Shown here piece after piece: positions 12,676 through 29,500 of a DNA stretch of 64,000 nucleotides. The position numbers were made by a program, and so were the translations under genes. The stretch spans positions 57,722,001-57,786,000 of the forward strand of contig OZ024743.1 in NCBI GenBank assembly GCA_964016885.1, read 5' to 3'. The notes beneath the pieces were generated by a model. The model did no database searches and was not told where the DNA came from. It saw nothing but the letters and a program-made list of their open reading frames with translations. The DNA is from Eledone cirrhosa (Eukaryota). The first letter of the stretch is position 1. Every line of letters starts with the position of its first letter.

Positions 12676-12774
<99 letters not shown>

Positions 12775-13152
12775 ATATATGTATATATATATATGTATTG
12801 TATATATATATATATATATATATGGATTCTATATATATTTATATATATGTATATTTATATATATATGTATAAACATATATACACATATATATGTATACAC
12901 ATACGTACAAACGCACACGTACATACACACGCACACACACGCATATATATGCATATATATTCCTTACAATAAAATCTCCAAACCATATCCACACGATAAC
13001 AAATCATTGTATATTCAATCAGGAATATAAATGTAATTATTAGCCAAGAAAATTACAGTTTGCCTTTAGCCGTCACTATTGTTGAGTACAGCAAACATTG
13101 TACAACATCTCTACATCATTTGCTTAATTCTGCTTTCTTTTCCTCTCCACGC

Positions 13153-13274
13153 TTCTTCTTCTCCTTCTTCTTCTTCTTCTTCTTCTTCTTGTTAATCCTC
13201 TTCACTATCATCATCATCATCATTTTTCACCTCTGCCCCCTCTTCTCTGCCAACATCCTCCACTTCCTCTTTTT

Positions 13275-13349
<75 letters not shown>

Positions 13350-13392
13350 CTTCTTCTTCTTCTTCTTCTTCTTCTTCTTCTTCTTCTTCTTC
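13153..13392. repeat. Compound (CTT)n/(CAT)n/(CTA)n microsatellite
   Basis: Direct inspection. Confidence 0.95.
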
Positions 13393-13885
13393 TCTGCTAC
13401 CCTCTTTCTTTCTTCTCCCCTTAAATAAAACAGAAAATAAAAATATCTTTATTATATTGTGATTAATGGTAACAAAAGTCATTGATAAAGGTTTGATTCT
13501 CTGCAAGACATTTCTCACGTCAGATTAAAACTTGATAGAAGTCTTAGGCATGTTTCAGAAAGACAATAATAATACCAATAGAAAAATACCCCAAAATATT
13601 ATCAATAGAAAACAATATAATAGAAAAAAATTAGGAGACTTCATAAGGAAGCTTATAATGGTTATCTTTCATCATTAGTTTAAACAACCCGAAGAGAAGA
13701 TATATGAAAAAGGAAGAAAAAAGTATAGGAAAGGAAAGATTGAATTGTATTTAATTATTGAAATCTGCCGGAATTGTCTTAAATTATTGATTCTTTGTAG
13801 TTATGATATGTTTTTTGTTTCAGTTTAAATTTGATTTGAAAAATGCAAATTTCTGGTAGTATCTAGGTAAGAGTAATGAAGCATT

Positions 13886-13886
13886 T

Positions 13887-13967
<81 letters not shown>

Positions 13968-14210
13968 TGAGTGTGTAGAGTGTGTGTGATTGTGTTTTTG
14001 ACAGTATGTGTGAATGTAGGTGTGTGTGCAATTCAGATTTAGACAGTATGTGTGGGTGAGTGTGTGTGATTGAGATTTTGACAGTGTGTGTGAATGTAGG
14101 TGTATGTGTTACTGTTTGTGTGAGTGTGTGTGAGTGTGTTTTTGGTAGTGAGTGTGAATGTAGGTATGTGTGTTTGAAAGTATGTGTGTGTGTGTCTGGG
14201 TGAGTGTGAT
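13886..14210. repeat. (GT)n microsatellite and degenerate GT-rich minisatellite
   Basis: Direct inspection. Confidence 0.9.
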
Positions 14211-14676
14211 AGATCCTTGTTAGTTATGACGATCAGTATTTCAGTTGTTTGATCAACGAGCAAAAGCATACGTTCTTCAGCAAGACACTTCACATTGCTT
14301 CAGTCAACGCAACTTCAAAAGATATGAGTCGTACCTGTAATGCTAATGCAAAGAGTTAACTTAATAACACATCATGTCACGCTGGATCTACCTGAAAGTG
14401 TAAGGATGTTAGTTAGATTCATGGCTACACACTGCATTCTTGAGCAAGACACTTTATTTCACGTTGTTCAAGTTCACTTAACTGGTTAAAAAAAAAAAAA
14501 AAGAATGAGTTGTATTTGTAACTCCAAGAGCCAACCTTGATACATACTGTGTAACGCTGAATCACCCTGAGAACAACTATGTCTGTGAAACTTTGAGACA
14601 CATTTACGTTAATTTCATGAGGAAGCTGTTCCGGCGTTTCGACAATCATTCTCCCCGTCTCTCTCTCCTCTCTCTA

Positions 14677-14803
<127 letters not shown>

Positions 14804-14805
14804 GT

Positions 14806-15150
14806 AAGTATGTATGTATACGTACATACATATATGTATACAGACGTACAGTAGCATGTATATATATATATATATACATATATATACATACAGGCACACA
14901 TATATATATATGTACGTATCAGTTTAGCGAATATTTATTATAACGCCGTTTTGTTCGTTTGTAAACAAACGGACAGCCTGATTTATGCCGTACGGTGTTA
15001 AGGCAACCACGTCACCTTTTTGTTCAACACTGACACAGGAACGATGTACTAGTTTCAAGCTTGTTAGCTATCGTCAGCACCGTATACCCTTCTGCCAGAT
15101 GGTTGAACGTTCGAAAGTATATACTTTCCTTATGAAAATTAACGGCTGAA
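14806..15150 (-). mobile_element. H1 copy with HHR at 15042-15082
   Basis: Similar to 1785-2089. Sense strand: cggtg CTGACGA tagctaacaagctt GAAA ctag TA catcg. Confidence 0.8.
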
Positions 15151-15264
15151 CATTCAAGTTCAAATTGAAATTCAAATTCAAATTAAATTAAAATCAAAAG
15201 CATGGAGTGGAATACATGCAACAGTTAAAACAAGGGAATAGTCCAATCATTAAAGAGGCATATG

Positions 15265-15716
<452 letters not shown>

Positions 15717-15721
<5 letters not shown>

Positions 15722-15930
15722 ATTAAATAAATGGAAACTATATTTATAAAACCATATTTATTTCATTATATATATTTCAGGGATATCATATTAACAATAT
15801 GCTATGCCTTCCTCAGACAAAATACAATATAAACAGTTTTATAGATAAATAGATTCGACACACCGTAACATCTACTTGCATTTGAGAAGGTTGATTTGGT
15901 AGTGACAAAATTGTACACAAAGAGAAAGAA

Positions 15931-15963
<33 letters not shown>

Positions 15964-16858
15964 AGAAAAGAAAGACAGAAAACGAAGAAAAAGAAAAAGA
16001 AGAAGTGCATGGAACAAAATAGAGAGATGGAAAGATAGATAAAGAGAAGAACTTCATGTAAAGAAACAGAAAGAGATATATATATATAGAGAGAGAGAGG
16101 AAATAGAGATAGATAGATAGATATAGAAAGCTAGGTAGTGGGACGACTGTTGAATAACGTATCAATGATACATTTATTTATTTATTTATTTATTTAGCTC
16201 TAGTATTAATGTAAGGGAGATATATGGAGGGAAAACCAGCTGTTATATAGGGAGAGAAAAAAATATATATCTCCCTTACATTAATACTAGAGCTAAATAA
16301 ATAAATAAATAAATAAATGTATCATTGATACGTTATTCAACAGTCGTCCCACTACCTAGCTTTCTATATATATCTATCTATCTCTATTTCCTCTCTCTCT
16401 CTATATATATATCTCTTTCTGTTTCTTTACATGAAGTTCTTCTCTTTATCTATCTTTCCATCTCTCTATTTTGTTCCATGCATTTCTTCTTTTTCTTTTT
16501 CTTCGTTTTCTGTCTTTCTTTTCTTTTTTCTCTCTTTTTCTCTCTTTCTCTCTCTCTTTCTTTCTCTTTGTGTACAATTTTGTCACTACCAAATCAACCT
16601 TCTCAAATGCAAGTAGATGTTACGGTATGTCGAATCTATTTATCTATAAAACTGTTTATATTGTATTTTGTTTGAGGAAGGCATAGCATATTGTTAATAT
16701 GGTATCCCTGAAATATATATAATGAAATAAATATGGTTTTATAAATATAGTTTCCATTTATTTAATATTGTAAATATACTCCAAATATTTGTCGAGTGCT
16801 TTTATATCAGTTATAAATATTTACTAGTTGTAACCCAACAATTTAAATATAACTTTCC
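15717..16858. mobile_element. Fold-back pair of Penelope-like pseudo-LTRs (no ORF), with HHR-like motifs
   Basis: 15717-16226 and 16266-16771 are near-perfect inverted repeats. The right arm has an extra ~87-nt tail. The sequence is similar to the termini at 16871-17130 and 24200-24429. Confidence 0.8.
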
Positions 16859-16870
16859 ATATATATATAT

Positions 16871-21186
<4,316 letters not shown>

Positions 21187-21426
21187 GATATTAATACATG
21201 GAAACTATATTTATAAAACCATATTTATTTCATTATACATATTTCAGCGATACCACATTAAATTATGGTATGCCTTCATCAGACAAAATACAATATATAA
21301 CAGTTTTACAAATAGCTTTGACGTACCCTTTTAAAATGCAACCATTACTTTTGGAGGCTGTCTGGATAGTGAATTGTTTATATTATTTTAATAAGTCATA
21401 GTGTTAAGCACAATTAGAAAAAGACG

Positions 21427-22676
21427 CCTTGTGGGCCTATTTATAATTAATTCGCTACATAGAAAAATACCAGGTGTAACCGGAGGATTATATCGTGATG
21501 ACATGCTTTTACTTATAGAAAATAATAGCTGTGAACTAAATAGAAAAATAAAACAAATTATACAATTTTTTAATTACCTTAATCTAAAAATAGAAATAGA
21601 GAATAACCATAGAATAGTCAATTTTCTTGATGTAACACTAAATCTCAACACATGTCTTCATTATCCATTTCACAAACTAAATGAGAACTTGAATTATGTC
21701 AACTTTAACTCTAATCACTCCAGATCTGTTAAAAATACTATAGTGAACTCTGTTCAAGAACAAATCTCAAGAATTTCATCTAATAAAAATATATTTGATG
21801 AAAAAGCGGAGTATTACAACGAAGCGTTAGGTAGAGCTGGATATAGAAATAAAATTAAATACATCGATAATAATAATAATAATAATAATAAGCAAACTAA
21901 CCAAAATAATAACAATTTCAATTACGGTAACAACTTTAACAACTATAATAGAAAACATGACAATAATTCCAAAAGCCGAAAAAGAAATAGAACTAGAAAT
22001 ATATTATGGTTTGCTCCCCCTTTCTCACTAAATATTAAAACCCCTATTGCTAAACTATTCTTTAAAGCTCTTGACAAACGCTTCCCTAGAACACATAAAT
22101 ATTACTCAATTTTTAATAGACACACTATAAAATTAACTTACTCGTCCACCAAAAATTTAGCACAAAATATTAATAGAATTAATAATAGGAATTTAAAACC
22201 TAACCAAAATACCAATAATAACCCAAACAATATTCAATTAAATAACTGTAACTGTAGAAATAAATCTAACTGTCTGTTAAATAACAACTGCTTAGCTAAA
22301 AATGTAGTGTACAATCGTAATGTTAAAACTAATTTAAATTCATTTAACTATGTTGGTTCCACCTCTACAGAATTTAAATTTCGTTTCAATAATCATAAGA
22401 ATTCTTTCACAGATCCAAACAAAAAATCTTCAACTTCGCTATCTAGCCTACTATGGGACCTAAAACGGGATAATATTAAATATTCGATGAATTGGAATAT
22501 TATTTCAAAAAGCTACTCCTTTTAATTCCTCTTCAGAAAATTGTGATCTTTGTATTGTAGAAATATTCTTTATATTAAAGTCCAAAAATTCCCTTAATCT
22601 AAGGAACAATTTATTCAGTTGCTGCAGACATAGGTTGAACTCAACGTTTAAATATAAATATAAATTTAAAATGTAG
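21427..22676 (+). pseudogene. PLE-2 RT C-terminal half and GIY-YIG, frameshift near 22520
   Basis: GLYRDDML, VNFLDVTL, ILWFAPPFS, CNCRNKSNCLL, YVGST..FKFRFNNH. Confidence 0.9.
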
Positions 22677-24231
22677 TATAATTAAATAAGTAATTTAGTT
22701 AATATATGAAACCTGTCGATAAATCATTAGATTCCTTCACCTTTTTCTTTTTAAACTTTCTTCCTAAATATAAACATGGATATAATAAACTACTCTAAAA
22801 TGTCTATACTTCCAATGTATTAAATAAAATATACGTAAGATAAATTTCTATACTAAATATAAGGTTATCTGTAGAATCATTGGGTTTTTTAAATCTTTTA
22901 AATTATTTTTATTTATTTGTTTTGATTCTGATAGCTTCTCATAACTTTCATAAGTCTACCCTTTCAATATCTTGATTGAGATATACGTAGGATAAATTTC
23001 TATACTAAATATATAAAACATATTATTTTAACTTAAGATACTCTATATTGTTTTAAAGATATTTAATGCTTTGATATTTCTAGATTTCTTTTGACTATAC
23101 TAATATAGTTGCATTTCCAAAATATATTCCTTTGGTATTTTAAATTTATATTGTTATGCTTATATTTACAAGTTATAATCCTTTAGTAATATATTGATAT
23201 TTGATTATCTCTATACAAATGTATATGTGTGTGTTAACATGCATATAAAGTGTTATAGGTTTTTTGTGTTTGTATATATGTCTGTATATATACGTGAACG
23301 ATGCGGGAGGACGCACGCAAATATTTATTTATACATATGTATGTGTATATATGTATGTATACATATCTATGTGGGTGAGAGGTATGTTGCAGATATGCAT
23401 AATATTAAATACATGAATGGTAATCGTATATGTGAGGACATGAATATTAATCGTATATATTTATGTATATATACTGTGAACTTTTTATAACACAATTATA
23501 GCAGTGATTAAGAGAAATCATTTACGTTTTGTATGGCTATATTGTTGGCTTGAGTAAACATAATTTCTATTTTCAGGACGTGCGTATGTGTGTATATATA
23601 TATATATACATATATATTTGTATGTCTTTGCATAAGATACTGATCTCTATAGCAAGGGTACATTTTGAACGATTTAACTCAGATTTTGGTATATTGATCT
23701 CAAGTTTTTAAACTAAACATATAGTCATTATTGAACAATGTTTAATTTCTCATATTATATATCTATGTCCCATTCATGAATATTGATATTTATATTTTTA
23801 TTATTCATTTCATATAAATTGTTAACTCAACTTAATATGACATGACGTAAAGTTTTCATTGTCTCCCCCTCTCTCTATATAGTATTTCTCTCTCTTGAGT
23901 TTTTCTATCTGTATGATGACTTGATATCTCTCTGTTGCTTTCCTTTGTTTTTCTTATTTCTTCCTTTTTTCTTTCTTTTTTATTTCCTCCTATCTTTATT
24001 TATCTCTTTCTTTTCTCCATACATTTCTCTCTCTCTCCGATATTTCTCCAGGTTTTCTTTCTCTCTCTCCGTCTTTTTTATTTTTTTCTTTCTCTCCGTC
24101 TTTTTCTAATTTTGCTTAACACTATGACTTATTAAAATAATATAAACAATTCACTATCCAGACAGCCTCCAAAAGTAATGGTTGCATTTTAAAAGGGTAC
24201 GTCAAAGCTATTTGTAAAACTGTTATATATT

Positions 24232-24312
24232 GTATTTTGTCTGATGAAGGCATACCATAATTTAATGTGGTATCCCTGAAATATGTATAATGAAATAAAT
24301 ATGGTTTTATAA
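24232..24312 (+). ncRNA. HHR-like motif in PLE-2 3' pseudo-LTR (homologues: 17010-17065 -, 20978-21019 +, 21235-21285 -, 15775-15817 -, 16672-16713 +)
   Basis: CTGATGA agg-c-atacca...tggtat-c-cct GAAA tatg TA. It lies on the sense strand at the natural 3' end of both PLE-1 and PLE-2. Proximal stem I pairs imperfectly. Confidence 0.65.
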
Positions 24313-24425
24313 ATATAGTTTCCATTTATTAATATCGCATATCTACTCCAAAAACTTGTCGAGTGCTTTATATCAGTTATAAAAATATTTACTTGTTGTA
24401 TCCCAACAACATTAAATAGAACTTT

Positions 24426-24487
<62 letters not shown>

Positions 24488-24489
24488 TT

Positions 24490-26015
24490 TATAGTTATGT
24501 ATACACTATATACAACTATAAACTTGTAAGGTCAGTAAGTCTATTTAGGAAACTGAATGTTTCTCGGCATCAGAGTTAAAAATAAAGTAAATAAAATACA
24601 GAGGTAATTGAAATTAAATAAATACATACACACATCCATATACGTACATACACACGCATACGCGAAACCACTCCCCATGGGTATGCAAATACATAACACC
24701 CCTCCCCCCCACACACACGCACATACAGAACCCACGCAACGCCTGTACCGCACACATACGAACGTATACACCAAATACACATAAAAAATAACTAAAAACA
24801 TATATATATACACATGTGTGTGTGTGCGTGTATACATAATTAAATAAACGTATATAAATATACACACATAAATACGTATACAACGCGCGCACACATACAC
24901 CCACATGTATAGACACATATGTTCGCGGACGTACGTCAGCCAAAACACAAAGTACACATATACACACACCCTACATACGTACGAACCCGCATACTGACAA
25001 AGACGCAAAACTCCCGTAATCACATAACCAAATGCACATGTACCAGTATATATAATATATACGCCAATAACATATACAAGCAAATATACGTACGAGAAAA
25101 TATACGTACCTTCACAAAACATACAGGTAATATATACTTACCTATACGAATAAGTAATGGTATTAACATAACATATACTTAGCTACCGCATCAAGGCGTA
25201 AAATATCCGCGTATAGTTCGTACTATCCGTTAGGGTATAATGTGGGGCTGTAATACAGGAAAGTTTTGGGCAATTTATGTTTACAAGCCGAAATTCCTTC
25301 AGATTTTTTGTTTAAGATGTGGTCTTTGGCGTAGAGTATTTCCAGGGCCTCCGCGGCGCAGAGGTCATATGGTCTTTTATTTCCGTTATACAATCTAGCC
25401 TTAGCTAGGATCTCCCAGTGTAACTTATATTGGGTGTGGTTGTCTTTTAGACTCCTGATATAAGCTGAAAGTGACATCATATTCCTTCTTAAAGGGTTAA
25501 GAAAAGAATGGGTATGCATGTAAAAGACGCTGCTTGAATCTAATTGGCGGTTAACCCTATGTAGGCCCTACGGGACATGGGTGTTTCAACCTTACATTTG
25601 TAGACAATGTTACTAGAGAGGCATTGCCCGGATAGAGGGCAGTCAACCCGATTCCTACAATTACAGTTAGTACTAGCTACAGGGTTGCGCGTGTTCCTAC
25701 GGCTAGGTAATTTAGCTAAATTTGAAGCTGTGATGTTATGTGCAAGGTTAGGAGTCGGAGAGTAAGAAATTTTAATGGTATCTCTATTAAAAATTTTACT
25801 ATATGCTGGGGGGAAATGCTTCATAATAAGGGAGAGAAAGATCTTAGTTAAAGGTGTGGCCACCTCCATATTATATGGTGGGTTATACCATATAATGCGT
25901 CGGGATCTATTTTTCCTAGGTCTATTCTCGTACTCTGTATAAGCTACCTTATCGACAAATCCACTGCGAGCAAGAGCTCCATTGTAATATGTGGAATGGT
26001 CGCTTGAAAGTACAG
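24490..26015 (-). mobile_element. Penelope-like element PLE-3 3' fragment (thumb, GIY-YIG, 3' UTR)
   Basis: YYNGALARSGF...IIWYNPPY...CNCRNRVDCPL...NIVYKC...YIGLT; DLCAAE...CKH. Frameshifted. Confidence 0.85.
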
Positions 26016-26386
26016 CATATTCGAAGTTCGAGCAGCAGCGCAGCCAAGCACTCGACAAGGTATAAACCTCAGAGTAATAACATACAGTTTGCAAATTGAA
26101 GGTAGCGACCGCTAATTCAGTCGCGTGATCTGTAGCAACGAAAGTGAGAAACAAATACGTACACACATACTCATATATACATATATATAAATATATATAT
26201 ATATAAAGGGAAAAAAATGAAACGAAATTTCATTTCTCACTCTTATTACGGCTGTTACTTAAATATAAGTATGAACACGTACATACATATATGTATACAG
26301 ACGTACAGTAGTATGTATATATATATACATACATGCATACATACCACTGGACGTCTGTATACATATATGTACGTACGTGTACATAG

Positions 26387-26454
<68 letters not shown>

Positions 26455-26589
26455 CTGTGTATATAACAAACCTGGACCATCACTTCGAAATTATTGAATA
26501 TCTAAGTGAGGTTTCTGTAAATCCGAAATCAACAAAATCCGCTTGTGGTGTATACAAGTTAGGTTTCTGGAAGATCGAACAGAGGACTT

Positions 26590-29500
26590 ACGTTCTCAAG
26601 GAGAGCAAGGAGAGCAATGAGAAAAGGAGAGCAAGGAGAGCAATAAGAAAAGGGGAGCAAGGAGAGTAAGGATGAAAGGAGAGCAACAAGAGCAACGAGA
26701 AAGGGAGGGGAGCAAGGAGAGCAGCGAGAAAAGTTGAGCAACGAGAGCAACGAGAAAAGGAGAGCAACGAGAGCAATGAGAAAATTAGAGCAAGGAAAGC
26801 AATGAGAAAAGGAGTGCAAGGAAAGCAACGGGAAAAGGAGAGCAAGGAGAGCAATGAAAAAAGGAGAACAAGGAGAGCAATGAGAAATGGAGAGCAAGGA
26901 GAGCAAGGATGAAAGGAGAGCAAGGATAAAAGAAGAACAAGGAGAGGTTAAGGCAAATTTTGCTCGAGCTATGCTGGAAGCAGACAAAAGTGAACAAATC
27001 AATTCTGCACCAAAATAACTTTTCCTTTACAAACATCAGGTTTTCGTCTTTTGTAACCCCTGGTATAAAAACTTTCTTTACGAGATTTTCTATCAGCACC
27101 GATTTCCTCGATAAATACCTTTCAACATGGAAAGATGATCCTGGTTACAAAACTGGACTTGAAAAACTGGAGAAGACAGTTGTTGTGAATTATGAGGTGT
27201 CAAATTCCTTCAGGATTACATTACCATTCTCTCAAAAGACGAAACTGAGAAACAATTTGTTTTCCAGATCATTACCGAAAACCGTAAAAACCAACTGCTA
27301 ATAAATCGAGACGAGGAGAGCAAGCAGAGCAAAGAGAAAAGGAGAGCAAGGAGAGCCATGAGAAATGGAGAGCAAGAAGAGCAAGGAGAGCAATCAGAAA
27401 TGGAGAGCAAGAAGAGCAATGAGAAAAGGGGAGTAAAGAGCAAGGATGAAAGGAGAGCAAGGAAAGCAATGCGAAAAGGAGAGCAAGGAGAACAATGGGA
27501 AATCGAGAGCAAGAAGAGCAATAAGAAAAGGATAGTAGGGAGAGCAAGGATGAAAGGAGAGTAAGGATAAAATGAGAGCAAGGAGAGCAATGAGAAAGGA
27601 GAGCGAGAAGAGCAATCAGAAGATGAGAGCAAGGAGAGCAAAGATAAAGGGAGAGCAAGGAGAGCAATGAGAAAAGAAGAGCGGGGGTAAAAGGAGAGCA
27701 AGGAGAGCAATAAGAAAGGGAGAGCCAGGAGAGCAATGAGAAAAGGAGAGCAAGGGGACAATGATAAATGGAGAGCAAGGAGAGCAATTAGAAAAGCAGA
27801 GTGAGGAACAAGGATAAAAAGAGAGCAAGGAGAGCAATGAGAAAAGGAGAGCAAGGAGAACAATAAGAAAAGGAGAGCAAGGGGAGCAAGGATAAAAGGA
27901 GAGCAAGGAGGGCAGGGGTAAAAGCAGAGCAAGGAGAACAATGGGAAATCGAGAGCAAAAAGAGCAATGAGAAAAGGAGAGCAAGGAGAGTAAGGATGAA
28001 AGGAGAGCAAGGATAAAAGGAGAGCAAGGAGAGGTTAAGGCAAATATTGCTCGAGTTATGCTGGAAGCAGACAAAAGTGAATAAATCAACTGAAGATGTA
28101 CATTCTGCACCAAAATAACTTTTCCTTTACAAATATCAAGTTTTCGTCTTTTGTAACTCCTGGTACAAAAACTTTCTTTACGAGATTTTCTATCAGCACC
28201 GATTTCCTCAATAAATACCTTTCAACATGGAAGGATGATCCTGGTTACAAAAGTTGAATTGAAAAGCTGGAGAAGACAGTTGTTGTGAATGATGTTACAG
28301 AAAGAGGTGTCAAACTCCTTCAGGATTACATTAACATTCTCTCAAAAGATGAAACTGAGAAACAATTTGTTTTCCAGATCATTACCGAAAACCGTAAAAA
28401 CCAACTGCTAATAAATCGAGACGAGGAGAGCAAGGAGAGCAAAGAGAAAAGGAGAGCAAGGAGCGCCATGAGAAATGGAGAGCAAGGAGAGCAAGGAGAG
28501 CAATCAGAAATGGAGAGCAAGAAGAGCAATGAGAAAAGGAGAGTAAAGAGCAAGGATAAAAGGAGAGCAACGAAAGCAATGCGAAAAGGAGAGCAAGGAG
28601 AACAATGGGAAATCGAGAGCAAGAAGAGCAATGAGAAAAGGATAGTAATGAGAGCAAGGATGAAAGGAGAGTATGGATAAAAGGTGAGCAAGGAGAGCAA
28701 TGAGAAAGGAGAGCGAGAAGAGCAATCAGAAGATGAGAGCAAGGAGAGCAAAAATAAAGGGAGAGCAAGGAGAGCAATGAGAAAAAAAGACAGGGGTAAA
28801 AGGAGAGCAAGGAGAGCAATAAGAAAGGGAGAGCAAGGAGAGCAATGAGAAAAGGAGAGCAAGGAGAGCAATGAGAAAAGGAGAGCAAGGAGAGCAACGA
28901 GAAAAAAGAGCAAGGAGAGCAATGAGAAAAGGAGAGCAAGGGACAATGATAAATGGAGAGCAAGGAGAGCAATTAGAAAAGGTGAGTGAGGAACAAGGAT
29001 AAAAAGAGAGCAAGGAGAGCAATGAGAAAAGGAGAGCAATGAGAAAAGGAGAGCAAGGAGAACAATAAGAAAACGAGAGCAAGGGGAGCAAGGATAAAAG
29101 GAGAGCAAGGAGTGTAGGGATAAAAGCAGAGCAAGGAGAACAATGGGAAATCAAGAGCAAGAATAGCAATGAGAAAAGGAGAGCAAGGAGAGTAAGGATG
29201 AAAGGAGAGCAAGTATAAAAGGAGAGCAAGGAGAGGTTAAAGCAAATATTGCTCGAGTTATGCTGGAAGCAGACAAAAGTGAACAAATCAATTCTGCACC
29301 AAAATAACTTTTCCTTTACAAACATCAAGTTTTCGTCTTTTGTAACCCCTGGTATAAAAACTTTCTTTACGAGATTTTCTATCAGCACCGATTTCCTCGA
29401 TAAATACCTTTCAACATGGAAAGATGATCCTGGTTACAAAACTGGACTTGAAAAACTGGAGAAGACAGTTGTTGTGAATTATGAGGTGTCAAATTCCTTC

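Larger units (their letters stand above)
9345..12677. repeat. 310-bp tandem array, each unit carrying a hammerhead ribozyme (family H3, retrozyme-like): ~2.9 units in one orientation, then ~7.8 units inverted
   Basis: Exact period 310 (atagacatag at 9351, 9661, 9971; agtctctagc at 10261, 10571 ... 12431). Orientation switches at ~10255. Flanked by (TA)n. Only one internal substitution was noticed (12320). Confidence 0.97.

Noticed and set aside
9345-12677. CRISPR-like array
   Set aside because: Units are identical along their whole length with no unique spacers, there are no cas genes, and the context is eukaryotic.
13590-13790. Possible PLE N-terminal remnant (DFIRKL)
   Set aside because: Too short and degenerate to support.
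21198-21401. Duplicated 67-aa ORF (also 24122..24325)
   Set aside because: Antisense reading of the PLE pseudo-LTR across the HHR motif. No protein features.
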